A stretch of 64,000 nucleotides of DNA from Mobula hypostoma (taxonomy: Eukaryota): positions 1,736,001 through 1,800,000 of the forward strand of contig NC_086108.1 in assembly GCF_963921235.1 (NCBI RefSeq). The letters are read 5' to 3'. The notes below the pieces were generated by a model, which was given only the letters and a program-made list of their open reading frames with translations, ran no database searches and was not told where the DNA came from. Positions 13,474 to 26,550 of the stretch are shown in pieces. Each line of letters opens with the position of its first letter. Position 1 is the stretch's first letter. Made by a program: the position numbers and the translations under genes.

Positions 13474-15319
13474 ATAGACCCCTAACAGTATGGGAGTCCC
13501 AATCTATATATGGAAAATTAAAATCCCCTACCACCACAACTTTATGTTTCCTGCAGTTGCCTGCTATCTCTCTGCAGATTTGCTCCTCCAGTTCTCGCTG
13601 ACTATTGGGTGATCTATAATACAATCCCACTAATGTGGCCATACCTTTCCTGTTTCTCAGCTCCACCCACAAGGACTCAGTAGACAAGCCCTCTAATCTG
13701 TCCTGCCTGAGCACTGCTGTAATATTTTCCCTAACAAGCAATGCTACTCCCCCACCTTTCATTCCTCTGCCTCCATCACATCTGAAACATCGGAACCCTG
13801 GAATATTAAGCTGCCAGTCCTGCCCCTCCTGTAGCCAAGTTTCACTAATTGCTACATCATAATTCCACGTGTCAATCCACGCCCTCAACTCATCCGTCTT
13901 CCCCGCAATACTCCTAGCATTGAAATATATACACCTCAGAAGATTTTTACCACCACTCACAACCTTTCTATCAGCGGATTTGCTTGAACTTTTAACATCA
14001 CTTATTTTCACCCCAGCCACACTGTCAGCTCTGGCATTCTGGTTCCCATCCCCCTGCAAATCCAGTTTAAAGCCTCCCCAATAGCACTAACAAACCTCCC
14101 TGAAAGGATATCGGTCCCCCTGTAGTTCAAGTGTAACCCGTCTCTCTTGTACAGGTCCCACCTGCCCCAGAAGAGGTCTCAATGATCCTGAAATCTGAAA
14201 CCCTGCCCCCTACACCAGTTCCTCAGCCACTTGTTCCTCCTCCAGAGCATCCTATTCCTACCCTCACTGGCACCTAGCACAGGTAGCAATCCTGAGATTA
14301 CCACCCTTGAGGTCCTGCTTTTCAACTTCCTACCAAGCTCTCTATCCTCACTCTCCAGGACCTCCTCACTTTTCCTTGCTATGTCATTGGTACCGATGTG
14401 CACCACGACATCTGGCTGATCACCCTCCCAATCGGTCATGCAATCGATCAGAGACATTCTTGACCCTGGCACCCGGGAGGCAACAAACCATCCTGAATTC
14501 TCTGTCATGACCACAGAACCTCCTATCTGTACCTCTAACTATCGAGTCCCCTATCACTACCGCTGTCCTCTTTTCCCTCCCACCTCCCTTCTGCACTGCA
14601 GAGCCAGACTCGGTGCCAGAGATCTGGCTACTGCAGCTAGTCCCAGGTAAGTCATCCCCCCCAACAGTATCCAATGCGGTATACTTGTTGTTGAGGGGAA
14701 TGGCCACAGGGGAACCCTGCTCTGTCTGCCCTTTCCTCTTCCCTCGCCTGACAGTGACCCAATTTCCCGTCCTCTGCTCCTTTGGTGTAACTACCTCCCT
14801 GTAGCTACTATCTATAATCTCCTTATTCTCCCGAATGATCCGCAGGTCATCCAGCTCCTGCTCCAGTTCCCTAACGCGGTTTGTCAGGAGCTGCAGCTGG
14901 ATGCACTTCTTGCAGGTGTCGTTATCAGGGACACCGGAGAGCTCCCTGACTTCCCACATCCTGCAAGAGGAGCATTCCAACATCCTGCCTGGCATTCTCT
15001 TTACGCTAGACAATCTGAACAAAAAACTTACCGGAACCTACCCTGGCCTCTGCCTGTTCTCACCGAAGCCTGTTGAGCCAAAGCCATCCCACTCTGACTC
15101 AGTCCACTCCGATCATGGCCACTACAACGACGGCCACTGTATATGATGGTCTGCTTTTTAAACCTTGGCGCGCTACGTCACGCGCCTGCGCAGTGCAGAC
15201 CCTTCTCCCCGAGCAGTGTTTAAAAAAAAGACTTTTTCTACCCGATTTCTCACACACTTCTATATCAGCTGCTTGCTTCGACATGGCCACTTCACCACCC
15301 GCCCCCCCCCCCCCCCACA

Positions 15320-16850
15320 ACCGGGGCAGGCTATCCACAGTCACACTTCACACTCCCCGGGGCAGCATATCCACGGTCACTTCACACGATCTGGCGGCAG
15401 CCTATCCACGGTCACTTCACAGCCCCCCCCAAGGGCAGCCTATCCACAGTCACTTCACACCCCCCCCCGGGGCAGTCTATGCATAGTCACTTCACACTCC
15501 CCCTCCCGGGGCAGTCTATCCACAGTCACTTCACACCCCCCGGGGCAGCCTATCCACGGTCACTTCACAGCCCCCCCCCCCCGGGGCAGTCTATCCACAG
15601 TCATTTCACACCCCCCGGGGCAGCATATCCACGGTCACTTCACACGACCTGGGGGTAGCCTATCCACGGTCACTTCACACCCACAGGGCAGCCTGTCCAT
15701 GGTCACTTCACATGACCTGGGGGCAGCCTATCCATGGTCACTTCACCCCCCCCCCCCGCCCCCAGGGCAGTCTATCCACAGTCACTTCACACCCCCCGCC
15801 CCCGGGTCAGTCTATCCACAGTCACTTCACACCCCCCGGGGCAGCATATCCACAGTCATTTCACACCCCCCGGGGCAGCATATCCACAGTCACTTCACAC
15901 GACCTGGGGGCAGCCTATCCACGGTCACTTCACACCCACAGGGCAGCCTGTCCACAGTCACTTCACACCCCCCGGGTCAGTCTATCCACAGTCACTTCAC
16001 ACCCCCCGCCCCCGGGTCAGTCTATCCACAGTCATTTCACACCCCCCGGGGCAGCATATCCACAGTCACTTCACACGACCTGGGGGCAGCCTATCCACGG
16101 TCACTTCACACCCACAGGGCAGCCTGTCCACAGTCACTTCACACCCCCTGGGGCAGTCTATCCACGGTCACTTCACACCCCCTGGGGCAGTCTATCCACG
16201 GTCACTTCACACCACCCCCCCCCCCGGGTCAGTCTATCCACAGTCACTTCACACCCCCCGCCCCCGGGTCAGTCTATCCACAGTCATTTCACACCCCCCG
16301 GGGCAGCATATCCACAGTCACTTCACACGACCTGGGGGCAGCCTATCCACGGTCACTTCACACCCACAGGGCAGCCTGACCATGGTCACTTCACACCCCC
16401 TGGGGCAGGCTATCCACAGTCACTTCACATCCCCCGGGGCAGCCTATCCATGGTCACTTCACACACCCTGGGTCCGTCTATCCACGGTCACTTCACACCC
16501 CCCGCCCCCCGGGGCAGCCTATCTATGGTCACTTCACACCCCCCGGGTCCGTCTATCCACGGTCACTTCACCCCCCCCCCCGGGGCAGCATATCCACCTT
16601 CACATGACCTGGGGGCAGCCTATCCATAGTCACTTCACACCCACAGGGCAGCCTGTCCACAGTCACTTCACACCCCCCGGGGCAATCTATCCACGGTCAC
16701 TTCACACCCCCTGGGGCAGTCTATCCACGGTCACTTCACACCGCCCCTCCCGGGGCAGTCTATCCACAGTCACTTCACACCCCCTGGGGCAGTCTATCCA
16801 CAGTCACTTCACACCCCCTGGGGCAGCCTATCCACGGTCACTTCACCACA
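15320..16850 (+). repeat. ~33-bp C-rich minisatellite (gggcagcctatccacrgtcacttcacaccccc), roughly 45 copies; ~1.5 further units at 5260-5308
   Basis: Directly visible tandem units with variable C-tracts and higher-order variant blocks. Confidence 0.95.
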
Positions 16851-16854
16851 GGGG

Positions 16855-18012
16855 ACCACCACTAAGGACTGAACCCTGCTGACGGAGGCCTCCCTCGCCT
16901 CCAACACATTCTCCTCCTCTCGTACTTCTCTGATCAGCTCAACAAACAGGGGTGGGGGTACATCTTACGAGACTGTCGGAGACCCCAAGCGATCAGGTTC
17001 CGGGACTGGGCACCACTGTCTATCCGGTCCATTCTTGATTGATCCACCTCAGCCGTCTGAATGGCCACTCTGTGCCACAACCAATTTAGCTGCCCCTTCA
17101 GCTGAAAAATGTAGGCAGAAAACTTCTCCCCCTTCGCCTGACACATGTTCTGAAACCCACCATGAGCTCCATTGAGCTTCCTGTCGTTTCCCAGTGCTCC
17201 CACGTAATCGGCAGCCTTGGCGAGGGCTTACCGGGACTTCACGGCTCTCACCACGTCAGCAGCCCGCCCCCTCAAACTCTCACCAATCTCTGCCGTTTCA
17301 GGTGACTGCTGCTCATCTAACAACTGAGAGGTCTGCTCCACACAATCCACATACTCCTCCTCCCCTTTAGGGGTGGGCTTTGTTTCCGAGAACAGGCGGA
17401 GCCCACCATGGCTGGGACTTTCAACCTGGGCATTTTTTCATTTATTCACCAGAGAGGTAAGGATGGATACTAACTCAGAATTCTCACTCTTCACCGAGGA
17501 CGGGGACTAATTAGGGTTTCCGACTCCGACCACTCCTTCCCCTCACTCCTCAGAAATGATTCAACCCCGTCTTTGAAGTCTCTGCCCCCAGCTACTGAAA
17601 ACTCGACTGGTGATTTGGCCCACTCCGCTGCAGTCTCCTCCTCCCTGAGAGTATGGAGAGCTCACGGCCCCCCCCGCCACCTGGGGCACCGATAGTACCG
17701 GGCAGCTCCACTGCCGTTACGTCAGTGCAAGTCTGCAGTAAAATGAGGCCTGTGCCCGCCACGTTATCAAACCTCCGCCCCGCAATTTTAACAGTACGTA
17801 ACAGGCGAATGAACATTCGATCCAGAGTAGGAACGTCTACCCCACTCAACACGCATTCGTTAGTTACTGGTAACCCCCGTGGATGAACACCACCACTCCA
17901 CCCCGACAGCATCCATACCAGCACAGACCTAAACACACAACCCTCTGGTTCAGTGCTCAGGGCAATCACACAGCATCCAACGAAATCCATCCCAGAGTGA
18001 TACCCCCACAAC
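16855..18012 (-). mobile_element. 5' part of the same Gypsy element: PNMA-like gag, degenerate
   Basis: PNMA-type gag segments (GRRFD...LILLQT...VELPGTI; FQNMCQAKGEKFSAYIFQL). Reads contiguously with 5235 across the minisatellite. A degenerate tRNA-Pro-like PBS (TGGGGG...GGGAT) lies next to the LTR. Confidence 0.75.
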
Positions 18013-18581
18013 TGTAACCACCCCCTCCCCGCCCAAGGGTTGGCGGGCTGCGTAAGTCCAGGGGAAGTTGCCACCCCCGCCAAACCGGTGAAACCTCATT
18101 TGGGTGGATGCTGCGTGATGTTTTTCCATTACAAATCAGTACCAAGAAACAACAAACAGTACACCGTATGCAATTAAACGATTGAGCTTTATAATTCTTA
18201 AGTTGACTAGAGGTTTAGTAAAGAAAACAAAAAGAAAAAGGCCCATTTTAATGAAACAGTCTAACACGCACGTTGGAGCTCATGGTTTTCCCGTCAGTTC
18301 GTTCTCTATCACTTTTCCCCGGGCATCATCGACTCCCGGCCCCATTCCACGTTCGCTCAGTCCTGCAGTCTACAACATCTCTGTTCCGACATCTTCTCTC
18401 TCCATCTTCTGCTGAACGAAAGCCTGCGAAAAATTCTTCTCTCAGACACACAAGAAAGAAAAACATTTCCCTATTGGACAGCGCACATTCCGAAGCCCCC
18501 ATTCTCTCTAGGCATAACCCAAACACTGCTGCTACAGAGAAATCATTACATTAGCAGTGCAACCTTTCCCAGGGTGTTACA
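18013..18581 (-). mobile_element. 5' LTR of the Gypsy element (~569 bp)
   Basis: Bounded by TGTAAC...GTTACA inverted termini; immediately upstream of the PBS and gag on the - strand. Confidence 0.65.
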
Positions 18582-18679
18582 AACACTATGATCACTTTCC
18601 ACTACAGTCTTTCATTCAAATTGCATTCTTTCTTGTAAAATTGTGTATGATTTCAAAAGTTCATACTTTATTTATTATA

Positions 18680-20300
18680 GAAACATAGAAACATAGAAAA
18701 TAGGTGCAGGAGTAGGCCATTCGGCCCTTCGAGCCTGCACCGCCATTTATTATGATCATGGCTGATCATCCAACTCAGAACCCTGCACCAGCCTTCCCTC
18801 CATACCCCCTGATCCCTGTAGCCACAAGGGCCATATCTAACTCCCTCTTAAATATAGCCAATGAACCGGCCTCAACTGTTTCCTGTGGCAGAGAATTCCA
18901 CAGATTCACCACTCTCTGTGTGAAGAAGTTTTTCCTCATCTTGGTCCTAAAAGGCTTCCCTTTTATCCTCAAACTGTGACCCCTCGTTCTGGACTTCCCC
19001 AACATCAGGAACAATCTTCCTGCATCTAGCCTGTCCAATCCCTTTAGGATTTTATACGTTTCAATCAGATCCCCCCTCAATCTTCTAAATTCCAATGAGT
19101 ACAAGCCCAGTTCATCCAGTCTTTCTTCATATGAAAGTCCTGCCATCCCAGGAATCAATCTGGTGAACCTTCTTTGTACTCCCTCCATGGCAAAGATGTC
19201 TTTCCTCAGATTAGGGGACCAAAACTGCACACAATACTCCAGGTGTGGTCTCACCAAGGCCTTGTACAACTGCAGTAGTACCTCCCTGCTCCTGTACTCG
19301 AATCCTCTCGCTATAAATGCCAGCATACCATTCGCCTTTTTCACCGCCTGCTGTACCTGCATGCCCACTTTCAATGACTGGTGTATAATGACACCCAGGT
19401 CTCGTTGCACCTCCCCTTTTCCTAATCGGCCACCATTCAGATAATAATCTGTTTTCCTATTTTTGCCACCAGGAGATTAGTGTGCAAACTTAAAGCACAT
19501 GGTATTGGGGGTAAGGTATTGATGTGGATAGAGAATTGGTTAGCAGACAGGAAGCAAAGAGTGGGAATAAACGGGACCTTTTCAGAATGGCAGGCGGTGA
19601 CTAGTGGGGTACCGCAAGGCTCAGTGCTGGGACCCCAGTTGTTTACAATATATATCAATGACTTGGATGAGGGAATTAAATGCAGCATCTCCAAGTTTGC
19701 GGATGACACGAAGCTGGGTGGCAGTGTTAGCAGTGAGGAGGATGCTAAGAGGATGCAGGGTGACTTGGATAGGTTGGGTGAGTGGGCAAACTCATGGCAG
19801 ATGCAATTTAATGTGGATAAATGTGAAGTTATCCACTTTGGTGGCAAAAATATGAAGAAAGACTGGATGAACTAGGCTTGTACTCGTTGGAATTTAGAAG
19901 ATTGAGGGGGGATCTGATTGAAACGTATAAAATCCTAAAGGGATTGGACAGGCTAGATGCAGGAAGATTGTTCCCGATGTTGGGGAAGTCCAGAACGAGG
20001 GGTCACAGTTTGAGGATAAAGGGGAAGCCTTTTAGGACTGAGATTAGGAAAAACTTCTTCACACAGAGAGTGGTGAATCTGTGGAATTCTCTGCCACAGG
20101 AAACAGTTGAGGCTGGTTCATTGGCTATATTTAAGAGGGAGTTAGATATGGCCCTTGTGGTTACGGGGATCAGGGGGTATGGAGGGAAGGCTGGTGCAGG
20201 GTTCTGAGTTGGATGATCAGCCATGATCATAATAAATGGCGGTGCAGGCTCGAAGGGCCGAATGGCCTACTCCTGCACCTATTTTCTATGTTTCTATGTT
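18680..20300. mobile_element. Rearranged CR1: - strand 3' part (18680-19470), + strand internal RT piece (19471-19852), + strand 3' part (19851-20300)
   Basis: Near-identical to 7839-9000; 3' tails at both ends; orientation switch at 19470/19471. Confidence 0.92.
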
Positions 20301-20773
20301 TGCGGGGGGTTTGGCTCTTATCCATCATGTTTGGGGGGGGGGGTTCGGCTCTTATCCATCATGTTTGGGGGGGGGTACAGCTCTTATCCATCATGTTTGG
20401 GGGGGGTTTGGTTCTTATCCATCATGTTTGGGGGGGGTTCGGCTCTTATCCATCATGTTTGGGGGGGGGTTGGCTCTTATCCATCATGTCTGGGGGGGTT
20501 CGGCTCTTATCCATCATGTTTGGGGGAGGTTTGGCTCTTATCCATCATGTTTGGGGGGTACAGCTCTTATCCATCATGTTTGGGGGGGTACAGCTCTTAT
20601 CCATCATGTTTGGGGGGGTACAGCTCTTATCCATCATGTTTGGAGGGGGGTTCAGCTCTTATCCAACATGTTTGGGGGGGGAGTTCAGCTCTTATCCATC
20701 ATGTTTGGGGGGGGAGTTCAGCTCTTATCTATCATGTCTGGGGAGGGGGGGTTCAGCTCTTATCCATCGTGTT
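20301..20773 (+). repeat. ~29-bp G-rich minisatellite (ggggggttcggctcttatccatcatgttt), left part
   Basis: Directly visible tandem units. Confidence 0.95.
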
Positions 20774-20774
20774 T

Positions 20775-23700
20775 AAGACCATAGACCATAAGACAAAGGA
20801 GCAGAAATCGGCCATTCGGCCCATCGAGTCTGCTCCGCCATTTTATTATGAGCTGATCCATTTTATCCTATTTAGTCCCACTCCCCCGCCTTCTCACCAT
20901 AACTTTTGATGCCCTGGCTACTCAGATACCTATCAATCTCTGCCTTAAATACACCCAATGACTTGGCCTCCACTGCCGCCCGTGGCAACAAATTCCATAG
21001 ATTCACCACCCTCTAACTAAAAAAATTTCTTTGCATCTCTGTTCTGAATGTGCGCCCTTCAATCCTTAAGTCATGCCCTCTCGTACTAGACTCCCCCATC
21101 ATGGGAAACAATTTAGCCACATCCACTCTGTCCATGCCTTTCAACATTCAAAATGTTTCTATGAGGTCGCCCCTCATTCTTCTAAACTCCAAGGAATACA
21201 GTCCAAGAGCGGACAAACGTTCCTCATATGTTAATCCTCTCGTTCCCAGAATCATTCTAGTGAATTTTCTCTGTACCCTCTCCAACGTCAGCACATCCTT
21301 TCTTAAATAAGGAGACCAAAACTGCCCACAGTACTCCAAGTGAGGTCTCACCAGCACCTTATAGAGCCTCAACATCACATCCCTGCTCCTATACTCTATT
21401 CCTTAGAAATGAATGCCAGCATTGCATTCGCCTTCTTCACTACCGACTCAACCTGGAGGTTAACTTTAAGGGTATCCTGTACGAGGACTCCCAAGTCCCG
21501 TTGCATCTCAGAACTTTGAATTCTTTCCCCATTTAAATAATAGTCTGCCCGTTTATTTCTTCTGCCAAAGTGCATAACCATACACTTTCCAACATTGTAT
21601 TTCATTTGCCACTTCTTTGCCCATTCTTCCAATCTATCCAAGTCTCTCTGTAGACTCTCCGTTTCCTCAGCACTACCGGCCCCTCCACCTATCTTCGTAT
21701 CGTCAGCAAACTTAGCCACAAAGCCATCTATTCCATAATCCAAATCGTTAATGTACAATGTAAAAAGAATCGGCCCCAACACGGACCCCTGCAGAACACC
21801 ACTGGTAACCGGCAGCCAACCAGAATAGGATCCCTTTATTCCCACTCTCTGTTTCCTGCCAATCAGCCAACGCTCTATCCACGTATGTAACTTTCCCGTA
21901 ATTCCATGGGCTCTTATCTTGTTAAGTAGTCTAATGTGTGGCAACTTGTCAAAGGCCTTCTGAAAATCCAAATATACAACATCCACTGCATCTCCCTTGT
22001 CTAGCCTACTGGTAATTTCCTCAAAAAATTGTAATAGTTTCGTCAGGCAGGATTTTCCTTTAAGGAATCCATGCTGAGTTCTGTCGATCTTGTCATATGC
22101 CTCTAGGTACTCTGTAACCTCATCCTTGACAATCGACTCCAACAACTTCCCAACCACCAATGTCAAGCTAACAGGTCTATAATTTCTTTTTTGCTTCCTT
22201 ACCCCCTTCTTAAATAGTGGAGTGACATTTGCAATCTTCCAGTCCTCTGGAACCATGCCAGAATCTATCGACTTTTGAAAGATCATCGCTAATGCCTCCG
22301 CAATCTCCATAGCTACTTCCTTCAGAACACGCGGGTGTATTCCATCTGGTCCGGGAGATTTATCTACCTTTAGACTATTCAGCTTCCTGAGTACTTTCTG
22401 TGTCGTAATTGTGACTGCGCACACTTCTCTTCCCTGCCACTCGAGTGTCCGTTATACTGCTGATGTCTTCCTCAGTGAAGACTGATGCAAAATACTCATT
22501 CAGTTCCTCCCCATCTCCTTATCTCCCATTACAATTTCTCCAGCATCATTTTCTATCGGTCCTATATCTACTCTCACCTGTCTTTTACTCTTTATATACT
22601 TGAAAAAGCTTTTAGTATCCTCTTTGATATTATTTGCTAGCTTCCTTTCATAGTTCATCTTTTCCTTCTTAATGACCTTCTTGGTTTCCTTTTGTAAGGT
22701 TTTAAAAACTTCCCAATCCTCTGTCTTCTCACTAATTTTTGCTTCCTTGTATGCCCTCTCCTTTGCTTTAACTTTGGGTTTGACTTCTCTTGTCAACCAT
22801 GGTTGCATCCTTTTCCCATTCGAAAATTTCTTCTTTTTTGGAATATACCTGTCTTGCACCTTCCTCACTTCTCGCATAAACTCCAGCCACTGCTGCTCTG
22901 CTGTCTTTCCCGCCAGTGTCCCTTTCCAGTCAACTTTGGCCAGTTCCTCTCTCATGCCACTGTAATTTCCTTTACTCCACTGAAATACCGACACATCAGA
23001 TTTCGGCTTCTCTTTTTCAAATTTCACAGTGAACTCAATCATGTTATGATCACTGCCTTCTAAGGGTTCCTTCACCTCAATCTCTCTAATCACCTCCGGT
23101 TCATTACACAATACCCAATCCAGTACAGCCGATCCCCTAGTGGGCTCAACAACAAGCTGTTCTAAAAAGCCATCTCGCAGACATTCTACAAATTCTCTCT
23201 CTTGAGTTCCAGTGCCGACCTGATTTTTCCAATCTACTCGCATGTTAAAATCCCCCACAATTATCATAACACTGCTCTTCTGACAAGCCTTTTCTATTTC
23301 CTGTTGTAATTTGTAGTCCACATCCCTGCAGCTGTTTGGAGGCCTATAAATAACTGCCATCAGGGTCCTTTTACCCCTGCGATTTCGTAGTTCAACCCAT
23401 AAAGATTCTGCACCTTCCGATCCTATATCACCTCTTTCTAATGATTTAATATCATTTCTTACCAATAAAGCCATGCCTCCCCCTCTGCCTACCTTCCTAT
23501 CCTTCCGATACACCGTGTATCCTTGGATGTTCAGCTCCCAGAGACATGCATCCTTTAGCCACGTCTCAGTGATGGCCACAGTATCATACCTGCCAATCTG
23601 TAGCTGTACGACAAGATCATCCACCTTATTCCTTATGCTGCGTGCATTTAAGTACAACACCTTAAGACCAGTATTTGGTACTTTTCGCTTTGATTTCACT

Positions 23701-25195
23701 GCAACTTTATTGCACTGCAACTCATCCCAATGGCTACAAATTTGCCCCATCACCTACCTGTCTTTCCTGACATCTTTACTGCTCACTATCTTAGATTTAT
23801 TTCTGTTTTCCCCTTCCTCCGCTCTATCATTCCGGTTCCCATCCCCCTGCCAAATTAGTTTAAACCCTCCCTAACAGCTCTATTAAACTTTCCCGCCAGG
23901 ATATTGGTCCCCTTCGGATTCAGGTGTAACCTGTCCATTTTGAACAGGTCATACTTCCCCCAGAAGAGATCCCAATTATCTAAGAATCTGAAGCCCTGCC
24001 CCCTACACCAGTCTCTCAGCCACGCATTCATCTGCCTGATCCGACTACTCTTGCCCTTGCTAGCACGTGGCACAGGTAGCAATCCCGAGATTACTACCCT
24101 GGAGGTCCTGCTTCTCAGCTTCCTTCCTAACTCCCAGAAATCTCTCTTCAGGACCTCCTCCCTTCTCCTATCTATGTCATTGATACCAACATGTACCTAG
24201 ACAATTGGCTGCTCACCCTCCCCCTTCAGAATATTCAGGTCCCGATCTGAGACATCCCGTACCCTGGCACCTGGGAGGCAACACACCATGCGGGTATCTC
24301 TATCAGACTCACAGAATCTCCTGTCCATTCCCCTGACTATGGAATCCCCTATGACCTCCGCATTCCTCTTCTCCTTCCTTCCCTCCTGCACAACAGCGCC
24401 AGGCTCAGTGCCAGAGACCCGGTCACCGTGGGCGTCCCCTGTCAGGTCATCCCCCTCAACAGCATCCAGAACAAGATATTTGTTGCTGAGGGGGACAGCC
24501 ACAGGGGTGCTCTGCACTATCCGGGCATTTCCCTTCCCCCTCCTGACAGTCACCCAGTTTTCTGACCCCTGTAGCCTAGGGATGACTACCTCCCTGTAGC
24601 TTCTGTCTATCACCTCTTCACTTTCCCTGATAAGCAGTAGGTCATCAAGCTGCAGCTCCAGATCCCTAACACGGTCTCTGAGTCGCTGCATCTCGGTGCA
24701 CCTGGCGCAGATGTGGCCATCAGGGAGGCTGGAAGTCTCCCAGGATTCCCACATCTGACACCCTGAACAAAGCACTAACCCTGCAGGCATGCTATCTAAT
24801 TCTACAGGAATGAAACAGGAAAAATAAGTCTACTCACCGACTTACCTCACTAAACAGACGAACTTTTTAAACCGTTAGCTCATACCGTTAGCTGTGAGAG
24901 CCCTGCTCTCCTGTCTGTCCAGGCCGATTCGCGAAAGGGGTGGGGGGGGGGAGAAAAAAAAGAGTTGGTGCTTCGCTCTCGCCTCTTCCCGTTTACCGCC
25001 GAAGCCTGTTGAAGCCAAAGCCCTACACTCTGCTCCCACTCACTTCGCTACCCGCTGTATAAGGTGGTCTCCTTTTTAAACTCTCCACGCGGTCCTGTTG
25101 ATGTCACGCGCCTGCGCAGTCTCGTCCTCCTTGCACTCGAAGAAGTTTTTTAAAAAACTGCCTTCCTTCAGAATTCAGCTCCCACGACACTCTGT
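20775..25195 (-). mobile_element. Full-length CR1 LINE (5'UTR, ORF1 Zn finger/zipper/esterase, ORF2 EN-RT) with a few disabling mutations
   Basis: ORF1 24790-23855 with one in-frame TAG; ORF2 in three pieces 23753-21148; 3' tail at 20775. Confidence 0.93.
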
Positions 25196-26550
25196 AGTTT
25201 GGGGGGGGGGTTCGGCTCTTATCCATCATGTTTGGGGGGGTTCAGCTCTTATCCAACATATTTGGGGAGGGTTCAGCTCTTATCCATCATGTCTGGGGGG
25301 GTTCAGCTCTTATCCATCATGTTTGGGGGTTCGGCTGTTATCCATCATGTTTGGGGGAGGGGGGTTGGCTCTTATCCATCATGTTTGGGGGGGTTCAGCT
25401 CTTATCCATCATGTTTGGGGGTTCGGCTGTTATCCATCATGTTTGGGGGGGTTGGCTCTTATCCATCATGTTTGGGGGGGTTCAGCTCTTATCCATCATG
25501 TTTGGGGGGGGGTTCAACTCTTATCCATCATGTTTGGGGGGGTTCAGCTCTTATCCATCATGTTTGGGGGTTCGGCTGTTATCCATCATGTTTGGGGGGG
25601 GTTTGGCTCTTATCCATCATGTTTGTGGGGGGGGGGTTTGGCTCTTACCCATCATGTTTGTGGGGGGGTTTGGTTCTTATCCATCATGTTTGGGGGGGGT
25701 TTGGTTCTTATCCATCATGTTTGTGGGGGGGGGGTTCGGCTCTTACCCATCATGTTTGTGGGGGGGTTTGGTTCTTATCCATCATGTTTGTGGGGGGGGT
25801 TTGGTTCTTATCCATCATGTTTGGGGGGGGGGATTCGGCTCTTACCCATCATGTTTGGGGGGGGTTCGGCTCTTACCCATCATGTTTGTGGGGGGGTTTG
25901 GTTCTTATCCATCATGTTTGTGGGGAGGGGGTTTGGCTCTTACCCATCATGTTTGTGGGGGGGTTTGGTTCTTATCCATCATGTTTGTGGGGGGGGGGGT
26001 TTGGCTCTTACCCATCATGTTTGTGGGGGGGGGTTGGTTCTTATCCATCATGTTTGTGGGGGGGGGGGTTCGGCTCTTACCCATCATGTTTGGGAGGGGG
26101 TTCGGCTCTTACCCATCATGTTTGGGGGGGGTTCGGTTCTTACCCATCATGTTTGTGGGGGGGTTTGGTTCTTATCCATCATGTTTGTGGGGGGGGCGTT
26201 CGGCTCTTATCCATCATGTTTGTGGGGGGGGGTTGGCTCTTACCCATCATGTTTGTGGGGGGGTTTGGTTCTTATCCATCATGTTTGTGGGGGGGTTTGG
26301 TTCTTACCCATCATGTTTGTGGGGGGGTTTGGTTCTTATCCATCATGTTTGGGGGGGGGTTCGGCTCTTACCCATCATGTTTGTGGGGGGGGGTTTGGTT
26401 CTTACCCATCATGTTTGTGGGGGGGTTTGGTTCTTATCCATCATGTTTTTGGGGGGGGGGGTTTGGCTCTTACCCATCATGTTTGTGGGGGGGTTTGGTT
26501 CTTATCCATCATGTTTGTGGGGGGGGGGGGTTCGGCTCTTATCCATCATG
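25196..26550 (+). repeat. ~29-31-bp G-rich minisatellite, right part
   Basis: Same unit as 20301-20773, with a tgtgggg variant dominating the 3' half. Confidence 0.95.

Larger units (their letters stand above)
5306..15290 (-). mobile_element. Near full-length CR1 LINE split in three (5306-5842, 9001-10890, 13474-15290) by two younger CR1 insertions
   Basis: 3' tail at 5306; RT C-terminus resumes across the insertion (LEYCVQF at 9001 / PNYRKD at 5840); EN 13472-14059; ORF1 with CxxC-CxxC finger, leucine zipper and GDS esterase 14179-15022; 5'UTR to ~15290. The junction at 10890/13474 is imperfect, so the 5' piece could be a separate copy. Confidence 0.8.

Noticed and set aside
15165..16882. 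Long Pro/His/Ser-rich ORFs (305-404 aa) in three frames
   Set aside because: Artefact of a stop-free minisatellite; all three frames are open and there is no gene structure.
16934..18083. Domesticated PNMA-like gene
   Set aside because: Multiple stops and frameshifts, adjacent LTR/PBS and downstream protease/integrase show it is a decayed Gypsy gag.
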